From: Bacillota bacterium
GTDB taxonomy: Bacteria; Planctomycetota; UBA8108; UBA1146
Reading direction: 5' to 3'
NCBI GenBank assembly: GCA_003973385.1
Contig: QNYK01000023.1
Span: 2,951-66,950 of the forward strand
Length of the DNA stretch: 64,000 nt
Part shown: piece after piece, positions 1-9,628 of the stretch
Layout: every line of letters starts with the position of its first letter
Numbering within the stretch: position 1 is the first letter of the stretch
The notes under the pieces: generated by a model
Seen by the model: the letters and a program-made list of their open reading frames with translations, nothing else
Told to the model about the DNA's origin: nothing
Database searches by the model: none
Program-made: the position numbers and the translations under genes

Positions 1-200
1 ACGGCAAACCCTTCCAGGTATCTGGGCAAACTTCCCTGATCGGCACCGCGAAAGAACCACTTCCCCAGTTGATCGGCATCCGATGAAGGGAGTTCGATCC
101 CCCTCTCCATCGCCAGTTCTATGATCGTTGACGGACGAAGCCCTCCATCGAGGTGATCGTGGAGTTGCACCTTGGGCAGATCATTGATCGATATTGCCAT
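1..200 (-). CDS. add: Adenosine deaminase, N-terminal ~66 aa only. The gene starts at 200 and runs off the window.
   Basis: Reverse-strand translation from the ATG at 198-200 gives MAISINDLPKVQLHDHLDGGLRPSTIIELAMERG..., which matches the LPKVELHxHLDG metal-binding N-terminus of adenosine deaminases. Confidence 0.55.
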   Translation of the reverse strand, partial: MAISINDLPKVQLHDHLDGGLRPSTIIELAMERGIELPSSDADQLGKWFFRGADQGSLPRYLEGFA

Positions 201-298
201 CACCGGTTCCTTGTCTTCATCACCATTTGATCATCCTGTGTCCATGATCACACCCTGCAACCCTGAACTGCCTGCAACCCTGAACAGCCTTGACTGCA

Positions 299-2005
299 TC
301 AATCTTCGCTGGATTCACTGACTCCTGCAGCATCTCCGGAGACGATACCTGGAAAAACAACCGCCGGATCTTCTCCTTCTCTCCTCGCTTCGATCAGCAA
401 TAAACTGCGTGTCGTGATATCGATCATGTCCCGTTGGGCTGCAGAAAGAGTCTCCCAGATTCGACGCTTGACCGACAGCGGGGCGGCGGCACTCGGAGTC
501 CTCAAGGCTCTGGCGACTGCATCGTTTCGGAAATCGAGCGACTGGCTGCCAAAGAGCATCACTTCCAGTTCCTTCGCAAGCAGCAGTCCCCTCAACGACT
601 CGACCTCGGTCCCCCCACCACCGCCCGCTACCAGCGCTCGACCATGAATGCCGACCAGCAGGGATCGCTTCTCCCGATCTCCATCCTCTTCGTCCAGGGT
701 ATCGATGACCAGCGATTTCACCACATCGATCAGATCCTCGGTTTGCGGCCTCGACTCGGACCGGGCCAGCACATCTCTACGTTTCAGCAGTTGCCTCGCC
801 AGTTCCTCTTCTCCCTGCAACCAGGAGGTGACCACAGCTGCCGAAACGATCTCGAGCACGCGCGGCAGTAGTTCGGCTGCGATCCCCTGGCCATCGGTGA
901 GGAGTAACAGTGCTCTCTCATATGCCGGCAAGATACCTGGCTGCGGCAGTGTCGTGACCAACTGCTCGTCATCTCCAAGTAGCACTCGACCGTGGGCAAC
1001 CAGTTGTTGCAAACCGATCCGAACATCGATGGTCGTCAGCACATCTTCGATGTTGGCAGAATTGAGTCCTGTCGAGAGGTCCTCCGACCCGGCACGAAGA
1101 GCACCCTGTGCACCCCAGTAAACTGCGTGAGCTGCCGGGGTCCTCCAGTCGATGGGACCCAGTTCCTCTCCCAGCCTTGCCATCAGATCCGGTGACATGT
1201 TCAACTCGCCTTCGATCAGCCTGCGCCTGAGAAAATCTTCGACCGCCTGTACACCTTCTGGTTCGAGAGTCGGAAATTTCTCAGCCACCCCGGTGCTCAA
1301 GGCCATCTCGGGATCACTAGCAGCCTTCTCGAGACGACTGATCAGGTCGGAATCGGTCACGAGCCCCGCCGACAACTCCCGAACCTGATCGGGAGATCTG
1401 GCAGCGCGGTCGAGAACTTCAAAATAACGGGATGCATCTCGCCCCGGCGGATGACCGAGGATGGTCTGCCAGCGCTGGCACAGACGCCTCTGGTAGTACG
1501 GGGCAGCTTCGTCCTGAAACTCGCCGATCTTGAACCAGAACAGATATGAAAGTTGCCTGTGGATTTCCAGGCTGTGAGGATTGGCCCGCAGCCCCGGCCC
1601 GCGAAGCAAGTCGATCGCCTCACGGACCCAGGCCCAACGCTGTTCTGGATCACGACTATCGAGTGCCATCTCGAACGCCAGCAACCATGCCTGAAAGTTC
1701 CATACCCTGGGAAAATAGGGCTGAAGTTTGGTGATCCAGTGTGCCAGTTCCATCGACTCGTGTAATAACCCCTGGTCTCTGCGCTCCAGCGCACGCAACC
1801 ACAGGGCATCAATGGCCCAACCTCTGAACGCACCCAGTGTTTGTTGCATCAGCAAGACATCCGCAGGTACTCCCGTTGCACTGGAAACGGGCAAGGTGAT
1901 TCCATCATTTTCAAGCCCTCGGTCGAGCGGAATCGTGGTCATCGCTGCGGCGCCGATCAGGATCGATGCCAGTAGCAGCGGGATCGCCTCGGATCGCTGA
2001 ATCAT
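299..2005 (-). CDS. Hypothetical protein with an N-terminal TM anchor and a large soluble domain. It is the last gene of a three-gene ABC transporter operon.
   Basis: 568-aa ORF with one hydrophobic helix at residues 8-25 and no recognisable catalytic motif. Its start overlaps the stop of the upstream permease gene (2002-2005). Confidence 0.55.
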   Translation of the reverse strand: MIQRSEAIPLLLASILIGAAAMTTIPLDRGLENDGITLPVSSATGVPADVLLMQQTLGAFRGWAIDALWLRALERRDQGLLHESMELAHWITKLQPYFPRVWNFQAWLLAFEMALDSRDPEQRWAWVREAIDLLRGPGLRANPHSLEIHRQLSYLFWFKIGEFQDEAAPYYQRRLCQRWQTILGHPPGRDASRYFEVLDRAARSPDQVRELSAGLVTDSDLISRLEKAASDPEMALSTGVAEKFPTLEPEGVQAVEDFLRRRLIEGELNMSPDLMARLGEELGPIDWRTPAAHAVYWGAQGALRAGSEDLSTGLNSANIEDVLTTIDVRIGLQQLVAHGRVLLGDDEQLVTTLPQPGILPAYERALLLLTDGQGIAAELLPRVLEIVSAAVVTSWLQGEEELARQLLKRRDVLARSESRPQTEDLIDVVKSLVIDTLDEEDGDREKRSLLVGIHGRALVAGGGGGTEVESLRGLLLAKELEVMLFGSQSLDFRNDAVARALRTPSAAAPLSVKRRIWETLSAAQRDMIDITTRSLLLIEARREGEDPAVVFPGIVSGDAAGVSESSED

Positions 2006-3426
2006 CTGTCAGCCCCCAGACCATGCTCCTTGCGAGAGCTGATCCAGAGTCCAGTCAGCATCGTGACTCCTGCCCAGAGCAATCCGATCCTGGCCAGCCC
2101 CGACAGCACCTCGCTGTTGGTCACGACTTCACCTGCGGCGACCCGGTCACCGGTGACATGCTGATTCCAGGTCGCCAGTTGGCTGAAGATCCAATCGCCC
2201 CCTTCAGCCAGTGCATCGAGCACGATTCGAGAAGGAGCGTCCTGTCCATGATCGTGGTGAGCAGCATCGTTCGACTCTTCAAAGGCTCCCGAGAATCCAC
2301 CACCTGCCGCTGCGATGAGAAAACAGAACACGAACAGTGTCGCCACTGGCAGGCCGAGAAAGGTAGACACCGTCAACCCCAGCGCAGCGATGAACGCACA
2401 ACGGATCCACAGCAATAACTGGGACCGGATCAAGGTGGACAGATGAGATCCTTCCGGAACACGAAGTTGAATCGCATCGGTTCCGCTCCAGTTCACAGAT
2501 GGAATGCGAACATCCTCATCGACTGCGCCGAGAAACTCGATTCCGATGACGATCTCCCGCTCACCCTCGAGCGCCTCTGGCAAGGGAACTCGGAACCTCA
2601 ACCCGTTGCGGATCAAGATCTCCAGCGAGGATGCTCCCATGTGAACCCTCATGCGAGCGCGCTGGGACCGATGCGCTCTCCCCATGGAGGGACGAAATGC
2701 CAGTTCGGTCCCCTTGCTCAGCCCGGTCGAATAACTGAATCGGTAATCGGAACGACCACCCCTCATGACACTTCTAGATAACCTGTCGAGCCGAGAATAC
2801 GCGATACGGAGCGCTTCTTCATGATCGAGGCGACCCCAACCTGCAGGATCCTCCAGCTTCTGAAATGCCAGGTATTGCTCGATCTCTTCCGGTGTCACCT
2901 GCAGTTGCTCTGGTGGCACCAGCGAGACCGCAGGAGATTCCATCAACACCGTGTTACTGCTGGAGACCTGTCCCGAAATCAGCACCAGCATCAAGGTCGC
3001 TGGAAACAACAACGTGAAACTGGCGGCCAGCAGCCCCAGCCACTTTCCAGGTAATACCGACCACCGACTTCCAGGCTGCACGACCAGAAACCGCATCCTA
3101 CCCGTCACGATCTCATCGCAGAGACTTCCGCAAGCCATCAGCGATGTCAGCAGGATCACGACGGTGGCAATCCACAACTGGCCATAATCGAGCACGATCT
3201 GGAGACGAGCAGACGCTTCCGATGCGTCCTCCACCAGTAGCGGTAACAGTGCCAGCCCGACGAAGAGAATCGCACCTCCAACGGGCAGTACCCCACGACG
3301 CCACCCCTCAGCGAGCAGGGTGCGAGCGATGGAGAAGATCGAAGCACTCTGCAATCTGGATCTGAGTACTGCCGTGACCAGTAATGCCATCAAGAACCAG
3401 GCCAGAATTGCCATCAGCACCGGCAT
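2002..3426 (-). CDS. ABC-2 family transporter permease with a large extracytoplasmic insertion.
   Basis: 474-aa ORF with multiple hydrophobic segments at both ends and a ~200-aa hydrophilic loop. Start and stop overlap the ATPase gene (3426) and the downstream gene (2002). Confidence 0.6.
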   Translation of the reverse strand: MPVLMAILAWFLMALLVTAVLRSRLQSASIFSIARTLLAEGWRRGVLPVGGAILFVGLALLPLLVEDASEASARLQIVLDYGQLWIATVVILLTSLMACGSLCDEIVTGRMRFLVVQPGSRWSVLPGKWLGLLAASFTLLFPATLMLVLISGQVSSSNTVLMESPAVSLVPPEQLQVTPEEIEQYLAFQKLEDPAGWGRLDHEEALRIAYSRLDRLSRSVMRGGRSDYRFSYSTGLSKGTELAFRPSMGRAHRSQRARMRVHMGASSLEILIRNGLRFRVPLPEALEGEREIVIGIEFLGAVDEDVRIPSVNWSGTDAIQLRVPEGSHLSTLIRSQLLLWIRCAFIAALGLTVSTFLGLPVATLFVFCFLIAAAGGGFSGAFEESNDAAHHDHGQDAPSRIVLDALAEGGDWIFSQLATWNQHVTGDRVAAGEVVTNSEVLSGLARIGLLWAGVTMLTGLWISSRKEHGLGADR

Positions 3427-4379
3427 CAGGAGCGCCCCTCAGAACCACCGAGAAAGGCGGGAAGTTGGCCCCCCATTCCAGCGCCAGAGGTCGTCTCCCC
3501 GCTATCGCGCGCCTCTTCCACCGTCTCCAGAAACATCTCCTCCAGGCTCCGGGATCCTGGACCGACCGAGATCACTTCAACCCCTGCTTCCTCGAAGTTC
3601 TGACGAACAGTGGCCAGTACCGCCTCGTCTGGATGCGATGTGGTCCACAGGGTTCGATCATCCCTGGCCAGGATCTGCTCGATCGATCCGGAGGCCTGAA
3701 CCTTTCCGCCGTAAAGGATGGAGACACGATCACAGACCTGTTCCACATCGGCCAACAGGTGGCTACTGATGAGCACTGTTTTCCCCAGTTTCCGAAGACT
3801 GACGATCCAGTCCTTCACCTGTCTGACCCCGATGGGATCGAGTCCATTGGTTGGCTCGTCGAGAATCAGGATCTCGGGATCGTGGATCAGAGCCTGCGCG
3901 ATTCCGATCCGTCGCTGCATACCCTTGGAGTAGTCGCCGATCTCCCGGTGAGCCGCGTCTTGCAGTCCGACCATCTCGAGCAAGTCAGAGATCCTCCCCT
4001 TTCGTTCTCTTGCAGGCACGCGGCCCAGGCTCGCAGAAAGGTCCAGCATCTCGGCACCGGTGAGGAAGGGGTAGAACACCGAATCCTCGGGAAGATAGCC
4101 GATGCGGTTCTTGCTCTGAGGAGTTCCTGGGGGAGTTCCAAGCACCGAGACCGAGCCAGCGCTCGGAAACAGCAATCCAAGCAAGATCTGGATGGTCGTG
4201 GACTTGCCCGATCCGTTCGGTCCCAGCAATCCATACACCTCGCCCGATTGGATGCTGAGGTCGATACCCCGCAGTGCCTCTACTCGGGGACGGAGCCAGA
4301 AGTCCCGAAAGGTCTTGCACAATCCACGAACCTGAATCACTTCTCGCTGCTCGGGATCGAACTTCGAATCGATAGCCAC
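3426..4379 (-). CDS. ABC transporter ATP-binding protein.
   Basis: Walker A GPNGSGKST, ABC signature YSKGMQRRIGIAQ and Walker B ILILDEP are present. The preferred start is the GTG at 4379, which is preceded by GGAGAGGAG. The six-frame ORF extends to 4562 without homology. Confidence 0.85.
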   Translation of the reverse strand: MAIDSKFDPEQREVIQVRGLCKTFRDFWLRPRVEALRGIDLSIQSGEVYGLLGPNGSGKSTTIQILLGLLFPSAGSVSVLGTPPGTPQSKNRIGYLPEDSVFYPFLTGAEMLDLSASLGRVPARERKGRISDLLEMVGLQDAAHREIGDYSKGMQRRIGIAQALIHDPEILILDEPTNGLDPIGVRQVKDWIVSLRKLGKTVLISSHLLADVEQVCDRVSILYGGKVQASGSIEQILARDDRTLWTTSHPDEAVLATVRQNFEEAGVEVISVGPGSRSLEEMFLETVEEARDSGETTSGAGMGGQLPAFLGGSEGRS

Positions 4380-4565
4380 TCTGGGTACTCCTCTCCCCTG
4401 CTCACCCGGTGAGGGAGTATACTGGCAGCCGCGAATGTCGGGGAGCAGCAGCCACATAACATCCTGGCGTAAAAGAAGAGAGGAGCGACCCTGGAGACCG
4501 TGTCCGCCTGGTGGAGGATATCGAAAGCAGCGTTCAGGGAAGGGCTCCGCCCCTCCTATCATGCT

Positions 4566-5435
4566 GCAATGCTACTTCTGGGGATCGGTCTGGTGGCTGT
4601 ATCACCGCTCCTGGGTGCCTTCGCACTCGGAGACGAGCAGCTGCTGCTGGTGGATATCTCACTCAGTACAATGCTCGCCTGTGGCATGTTTCTCGGAGCA
4701 TTCACTGCAGCGTCGAGTCTCGGAGATGAGATCCGTCGACGCACAGTGATGGTCTTGCTGAGCAAACCGGTAACCAGGACAACGGTACTGCTGGGGAAAT
4801 TCGCGGGAATCGCACTCGCCTTGACGATGGCACAGTTGTCCTGGACAGCGACCTTGATGCTGGCCATCCGTCATCGAACCATCCACTCCCATCTCGTCGA
4901 TGATCATGCGCCTGTTCTGCTGATCGGTCTCGTTGCGCTGTTGATCTCCCTTCTGCAAGCAGCCTGGGCTCACAGACGCGGCAAGAGTTTTCCAGCGACC
5001 CTGTCGAGAAACTGCACCTTGTTGCTGGTCAGTGCGGCGCTCTTGGCCTGGACCTGGGCGCCAGATGGGTCGCTGAGATGGCCTGCAACCTCCTTCAACA
5101 CCGACATACTCTGGGCGATGCTGCTGGTGCACGAGGGCGTACTGATCCTTGCCGCTGTCGCGCTGGCTGCTTCGACCCGACTCCCGACCCCTGCAACCAT
5201 CGCTCTCTCCCTGGCAACACTGTTCTGCGGTGTGATCGTGGGATCCCTGATGAGGGGCTCACCGTGGGCGCGCTGGGTGCCAGATCTCCAGCGCTTGTGG
5301 ATCTCAGATGGATTGATCCGCGGTGGTGACATCTCGGTGGCCACGGTCGGCTGGGCGAGCATCTGGGCATTCCTTGTGATGTCAGCAGTCCTCGCTGTTG
5401 GAGTTGCCCTGTTCGCGAGAAGAGATGTGGGATGA
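4566..5435 (+). CDS. ABC-2 type permease-like polytopic membrane protein, divergent from the ABC operon.
   Basis: Six or more hydrophobic helices. The region LSKPVTRTTVLLGKFAGIALAL resembles ABC-2/NosY-type permeases. Start could be 4500 or 4566. Confidence 0.55.
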   Translation, partial: AMLLLGIGLVAVSPLLGAFALGDEQLLLVDISLSTMLACGMFLGAFTAASSLGDEIRRRTVMVLLSKPVTRTTVLLGKFAGIALALTMAQLSWTATLMLAIRHRTIHSHLVDDHAPVLLIGLVALLISLLQAAWAHRRGKSFPATLSRNCTLLLVSAALLAWTWAPDGSLRWPATSFNTDILWAMLLVHEGVLILAAVALAASTRLPTPATIALSLATLFCGVIVGSLMRGSPWARWVPDLQRLWISDGLIRGGDISVATVGWASIWAFLVMSAVLAVGVALFARRDVG

Positions 5436-5438
5436 AAC

Positions 5439-5993
5439 TCAGAAGGGTCGCCGACCCGACAGGGTCTTGAACGAAGCAGTGTGAAATCGCCAGCGGCCAT
5501 CTGTATCTCGCTGGGCATCGGCTTCGATACTGAGCACCCAGACAGGCTTGCTTCCCGGCTTCTTACGCCGCCTGAACTCCAAGGGGGCACTCACCGTCGC
5601 TCGAGTTGCCTCCGCTTCGATCCCATCGAAGATCACCTCGATAGCATCTTCCGAGACAGCCGCTTGCCACAGGAATGAGCGATCTGACCGATCTCTCTGA
5701 CCGAGAAAAATCCTCACCAGAGCACCTCGGAAGGAAGCGGAGTCGAGAGAATAGACCGACTCACTGAAGTCATCTGAACAGTGACGAAGAACGTCACCTG
5801 CCGATTGATGATTGAATCCATCGCGCATATCGAGGATCGACTGGACGAGGCTTGCTCTGGGACTGGAGACGCCACCGAAGAAGAGGAGCATGATCGCCAC
5901 CGCTGCGATGCCCAGGGGAACCACGCCTCGTATCAGGAGTCTGAGCACATCAGCCGCCGATCTGGTGCATCCGTCGACTGGCTGTAATCCCAT
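5439..5993 (-). CDS. Hypothetical small protein with an N-terminal TM segment.
   Basis: ORF 5439-6104; the upstream part overlaps moaA, so an internal Met start (5993 or 5891) is likely. No motif recognised. Confidence 0.35.
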   Translation of the reverse strand: MGLQPVDGCTRSAADVLRLLIRGVVPLGIAAVAIMLLFFGGVSSPRASLVQSILDMRDGFNHQSAGDVLRHCSDDFSESVYSLDSASFRGALVRIFLGQRDRSDRSFLWQAAVSEDAIEVIFDGIEAEATRATVSAPLEFRRRKKPGSKPVWVLSIEADAQRDTDGRWRFHTASFKTLSGRRPF

Positions 5994-6936
5994 CGGCGAG
6001 GGAGTGCCCCACCGGCTTGAGCAGGATGGCAGCCTCGAGGGCTTCCTGAATCTGCACGACGCCTGCACCACTTCTGATGAGAGAACGAAGATCTGCCTCG
6101 TCATCTCTGAGCAGGCAGAGGAGCAGTCTTCCCTCGGCGGAGAGTCTCACTCGGCTGCAGGAGGAACAGAATGGGTCGCTGACCGGACTGATGAATCCAA
6201 CAGTGCCCACAGCATCAGGGAGCCGGAAATTGCGACATTCATCTGAGGGATGGCTGGCAGCGACCGGTTCCAGTTCTCCGAGAGTTGCAGTGATACGCTT
6301 CATCAACTCCGCGCTGGAAACGACTCCATCTCGAGCCGTCTGGGCCTCTTCGCCATCTCCAAATGGCATCAGTTCGATGAAACGGACGCCCCACGGTCTG
6401 GTCAGCGTCTGACGAGCGAGTTCCACAACGTCGTCATCATTTTCCCCACGGACCACCACGGAGTTGATCTTGATCGGCACCAGCCCCGCTTGTTCGGCTG
6501 CTTCGATCCCGGCAAGGATCTTGTTGAGATCCGCCAGACGCATCACCTGACGGATACGAATCTCGTCAAGGGTGTCGATGTGGATGTTGACCCGATTCAG
6601 GCCAGCTTGCCGCAATGCGATCGCCATCCCTGGAAGCAAGATCCCGTTGGTCGTCATGCCGATCTCTGCGTCGGGTGACGCTGCCCGTATTCCTGCGACC
6701 ACCTCGATCAGATCTTTCCTCAGGGTGGGTTCGCCCCCGGTGATACGAAACTTGCGGAAACCGCATCTCACTGCCGCCCTGGCCACGAGAGAGATCTCCT
6801 GCGCCGTCAGCAGTTCATCCTCAGGCAAAAAGCGGAGACCCTCCATCGGCATGCAATAGGAACAGCGTAGATTACACCGGTCCATCACGGAGATACGGAG
6901 GTAATCGATGATTCGGCCATGACCATCGCGCGGCAT
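5950..6936 (-). CDS. moaA: GTP 3',8-cyclase MoaA (radical SAM, molybdenum cofactor biosynthesis).
   Basis: CNLRCSYCMP radical-SAM cysteine triad, GGEPTLRKD, and C-terminal second Fe-S cysteines (CSSCSRVRLSAEGRL); 328 aa. Confidence 0.9.
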   Translation of the reverse strand: MPRDGHGRIIDYLRISVMDRCNLRCSYCMPMEGLRFLPEDELLTAQEISLVARAAVRCGFRKFRITGGEPTLRKDLIEVVAGIRAASPDAEIGMTTNGILLPGMAIALRQAGLNRVNIHIDTLDEIRIRQVMRLADLNKILAGIEAAEQAGLVPIKINSVVVRGENDDDVVELARQTLTRPWGVRFIELMPFGDGEEAQTARDGVVSSAELMKRITATLGELEPVAASHPSDECRNFRLPDAVGTVGFISPVSDPFCSSCSRVRLSAEGRLLLCLLRDDEADLRSLIRSGAGVVQIQEALEAAILLKPVGHSLADGITASRRMHQIGG

Positions 6937-7046
6937 CGACTCTCCCTCCAGGCACGGCTGGCAACCATCGCCAGTCGCTCCAGATCAAATCACTTCGCCG
7001 AAGTGGTTGTGAGAGCCAGTCTACCGCCTTGATCAGGACCTTGAAC

Positions 7047-7631
7047 CTAGTTCTTTTCGATCCACTGATCGATCAACCGGAGAGACTGAACCAACTTTTT
7101 CTTGATCGCGTTGATCTGCAGTCGGGTCATTCCCCTCCCGGCAGCATTCCCTTGCATGTTTTTCCAGGCCCGTTTCGCCTTGGTCGATCGATTGATCCCG
7201 AACTCTCTGCGCCAGTTGGTCACACTCGGCGTGCTGACGCCAAATCTCTGGGCAGTACTCACAACTCCTTCGAGAACCGAGAACTCTGCCACTTCCCGGC
7301 GGAACTGTGCTGAATACTTGCGACCTGTACTTCTCCGCTGCTGTTTCGGAATTGGTTGTTTCGGCAAAGATATCTTCTGTCCCTTCTCTGCCTGGATCTT
7401 GGTCTTCCGCGTCACACCGTAGAGTTTCCTCCAGTTCGTCACGCTCGGTGTAGAAACCTCGAACCTGTCAGCGGCGCGAGCGATCCCGTTCTTGATCGAA
7501 TATTTGACCACCTTGTGGCGGAAACTCTCGGAATATTTGGGTCTTGCGCCTCGGCGTGGCGATACATCGGAAGTTGGTTTTCGGGCTCGGGATTTACTGA
7601 TCCCCCTGCGGGGATTTGCTCCGGGTGACAT
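7047..7631 (-). CDS. Basic protein with two tandem IS3/IS911-OrfA-type helix-turn-helix domains. There is no transposase partner.
   Basis: Two internal repeats: KYSESFRHKVVKYSIKNGIARAADRFEVSTPSVTNWRKLYG and KYSAQFRREVAEFSVLEGVVSTAQRFGVSTPSVTNWRREFG. The protein is Lys/Arg rich. No rve/DDE ORF or terminal inverted repeats nearby. Confidence 0.6.
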   Translation of the reverse strand: MSPGANPRRGISKSRARKPTSDVSPRRGARPKYSESFRHKVVKYSIKNGIARAADRFEVSTPSVTNWRKLYGVTRKTKIQAEKGQKISLPKQPIPKQQRRSTGRKYSAQFRREVAEFSVLEGVVSTAQRFGVSTPSVTNWRREFGINRSTKAKRAWKNMQGNAAGRGMTRLQINAIKKKLVQSLRLIDQWIEKN

Positions 7632-7838
7632 GGATGGCCGTCCATTTCTTCAACATTTTCCGCAACTCGTTATCGGATATTGCCCGATCACAGCAACATA
7701 TTGACCCTGTCTGCAATAATTTCAAGGCGGATCCGCTGTTGGCACGAATCTTCCCGGTCTGTTGGAAGAAATCTCAGGAAATCTGTATGATGTGCGCTCC
7801 AACCGCAGGCATCGCTGCCCTGCCGAGAAGGGCCCCCC

Positions 7839-8795
7839 TTGTCCTCACGACGACAACCTCCTCCACCTCCTGGCCCATCTCCATCTGGAGACCTCGGTGA
7901 AGGAGTACCCGAAGAGGAGCGAATCTTCCGCATCGAAAGACTCGCGAGTCATGTTCGAGACGAAGTCTCCTCGGATGGCTCCGATCTCAAAGATGCGGAA
8001 CTGCTGGCGCTGGCCAAAAGTACCATGCGGGATCGCCCACTGGCCCGATCAGAAATCAAACTGCTCTCCCTGAATCTGGAGCGGATTCGAGCCCAGATCT
8101 CGCGGTTCCTGTCGGGCGAACTGGAGCGATCGCGCTTTCACGACTGGGTCTGCGAGATGCTGAAAATCTCCATCACCATGTTCCTGGCCAGTGAAAGCCC
8201 GAGGGGTCAGACCGCTGAATCCGCGCTGGGTCTGCTGGCGTTGGTCGTAGATGATGACTTCACCTCACCCGACAGTTCTCGACGGCTATGCCAGCTGGTG
8301 CTCGATCGAATCGAATTCCGGCAAACCGTTCCCTGTCGCAGGGCGATTTCCGAGATGCTACGGGAACTGGGCGTAGTCTCGCTCTCGGTGTGCGAACGGG
8401 GGCCTTGCACCGAGGACCCCAGTTGGGTCGATATCTCGTTGCTCCCTCGCCACTTCAGACCAGATTCCCGCCCAACCGAAGGCGACACCTGGTTTCAACC
8501 ACTCTCGGTGAGCACTCGTAGCCTCTGGCAACAGATTTCACCGAACGAACCGTGGGCGAATCGCGAAAATGACCGGGTTCCAGCACTGATCTCCGAGGAT
8601 TCAACCCTTGAGAATGAACTCGAAGGTCTCCAGTTATTCCTCGATCCGGGTGGACTGACGGAGGCGGTGGTGGATTCTTCACGGCTAGGCTCCAGGGAAC
8701 TGAGACGCGCCGTATCTGGATTCCGGTTATTGCATCAGATGAGACGATGCTACCTAGATGGAATTCCCGTACACTTCCACAAGGAGGACTTATGA
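7839..8795 (+). CDS. Hypothetical protein.
   Basis: 318-aa ORF; its stop overlaps the start of the NYN gene. Pro-rich N-terminus; no recognisable motifs. True start may be internal. Confidence 0.45.
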   Translation: MSSRRQPPPPPGPSPSGDLGEGVPEEERIFRIERLASHVRDEVSSDGSDLKDAELLALAKSTMRDRPLARSEIKLLSLNLERIRAQISRFLSGELERSRFHDWVCEMLKISITMFLASESPRGQTAESALGLLALVVDDDFTSPDSSRRLCQLVLDRIEFRQTVPCRRAISEMLRELGVVSLSVCERGPCTEDPSWVDISLLPRHFRPDSRPTEGDTWFQPLSVSTRSLWQQISPNEPWANRENDRVPALISEDSTLENELEGLQLFLDPGGLTEAVVDSSRLGSRELRRAVSGFRLLHQMRRCYLDGIPVHFHKEDL

Positions 8796-9628
8796 AATTC
8801 CGATCTCCGGGAGACAGCGAAGGCAATGGCGACGAATTGAGCGACCTCCAGAATCAATTGGAACAGCTCAAATTCCAAATTGAAGAGGAACGCAAGACTC
8901 ACCAGCAAGAGATGAAGCGCGGCCTTGAGGCATTTCAACGCCTCCAAAAAAATGGCGACAACGGCAAGGAGGAACGCTTCCTTGTTTCCGTGGATGGCCA
9001 CGAACTGTCCCCTCATCAACGAGTCGGTATCTTCGTAGATGTCCAGAACATGTATTACGCTGCGAGGAACATCTTCCAATCAAAGTTAGAATTCTCGAAG
9101 TTATTGAAACACCTTCTTCGAGGTCGTGTACTCGCACGAGCCATGGCCTACATCGTCGAGCGCCCGGGTATGGAACAGGACAAGTTCATCGAGGTCTTGC
9201 GCAGGAATGGCTACGAGGTCAGAAAGCGAGTCGTCGGGGAACGAAATGATTCCACCAACCGCGGTGACTGGAACATCGGTATCACACTCGATGCAGTTTC
9301 CCTCGCCTCGAAGATTGATGTCGCCATCCTGGTCACAGGAGATGGAGATTTCGTACCCCTGGTGGAACGCCTCGCCATCGACGGCGTGAGGGTTGAGATC
9401 GCTTCATTCAGAGAAACCACCTCTTCTGAGTTGTTCCATGCTGCCGACCAGATGCACTTCCTCGACGAGAGAGTGCTGCTCTCGGGGACGCATTTCCAGC
9501 CGGCTGAAGACGAGGAGGAGGAGGTAGAGGAGGAGAAGGAACTGGTACCTTCTCGCTCCAGAAGGCCTCTTCGACGCGCCCGCGGACCTGCGGAAGAGGA
9601 CTTCGATGACGAGGATGAAGAGGACTGA
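8792..9628 (+). CDS. NYN/LabA-like domain protein (predicted PIN-like RNase fold) with an N-terminal coiled coil and an acidic C-terminal tail.
   Basis: GIFVDVQNMYYAARNIF ... DVAILVTGDGDFVPLVERL matches the NYN (PF01936) motifs. The ATG at 8792 overlaps the stop of the upstream ORF. Confidence 0.8.
   Translation: MKFRSPGDSEGNGDELSDLQNQLEQLKFQIEEERKTHQQEMKRGLEAFQRLQKNGDNGKEERFLVSVDGHELSPHQRVGIFVDVQNMYYAARNIFQSKLEFSKLLKHLLRGRVLARAMAYIVERPGMEQDKFIEVLRRNGYEVRKRVVGERNDSTNRGDWNIGITLDAVSLASKIDVAILVTGDGDFVPLVERLAIDGVRVEIASFRETTSSELFHAADQMHFLDERVLLSGTHFQPAEDEEEEVEEEKELVPSRSRRPLRRARGPAEEDFDDEDEED

Noticed and set aside
6937-7046. Possible Moco riboswitch upstream of moaA.
   Set aside because: The leader is ~110 nt, and I could not recognise the conserved Moco-RNA stems by eye. 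It would need a covariance-model scan (Rfam RF01055).
7047-7631. Possible intact IS3-family insertion sequence.
   Set aside because: Only a (duplicated) OrfA-like HTH is present. There is no OrfB/DDE integrase, no frameshift site and no terminal inverted repeats. Annotated as a CDS rather than a mobile element.
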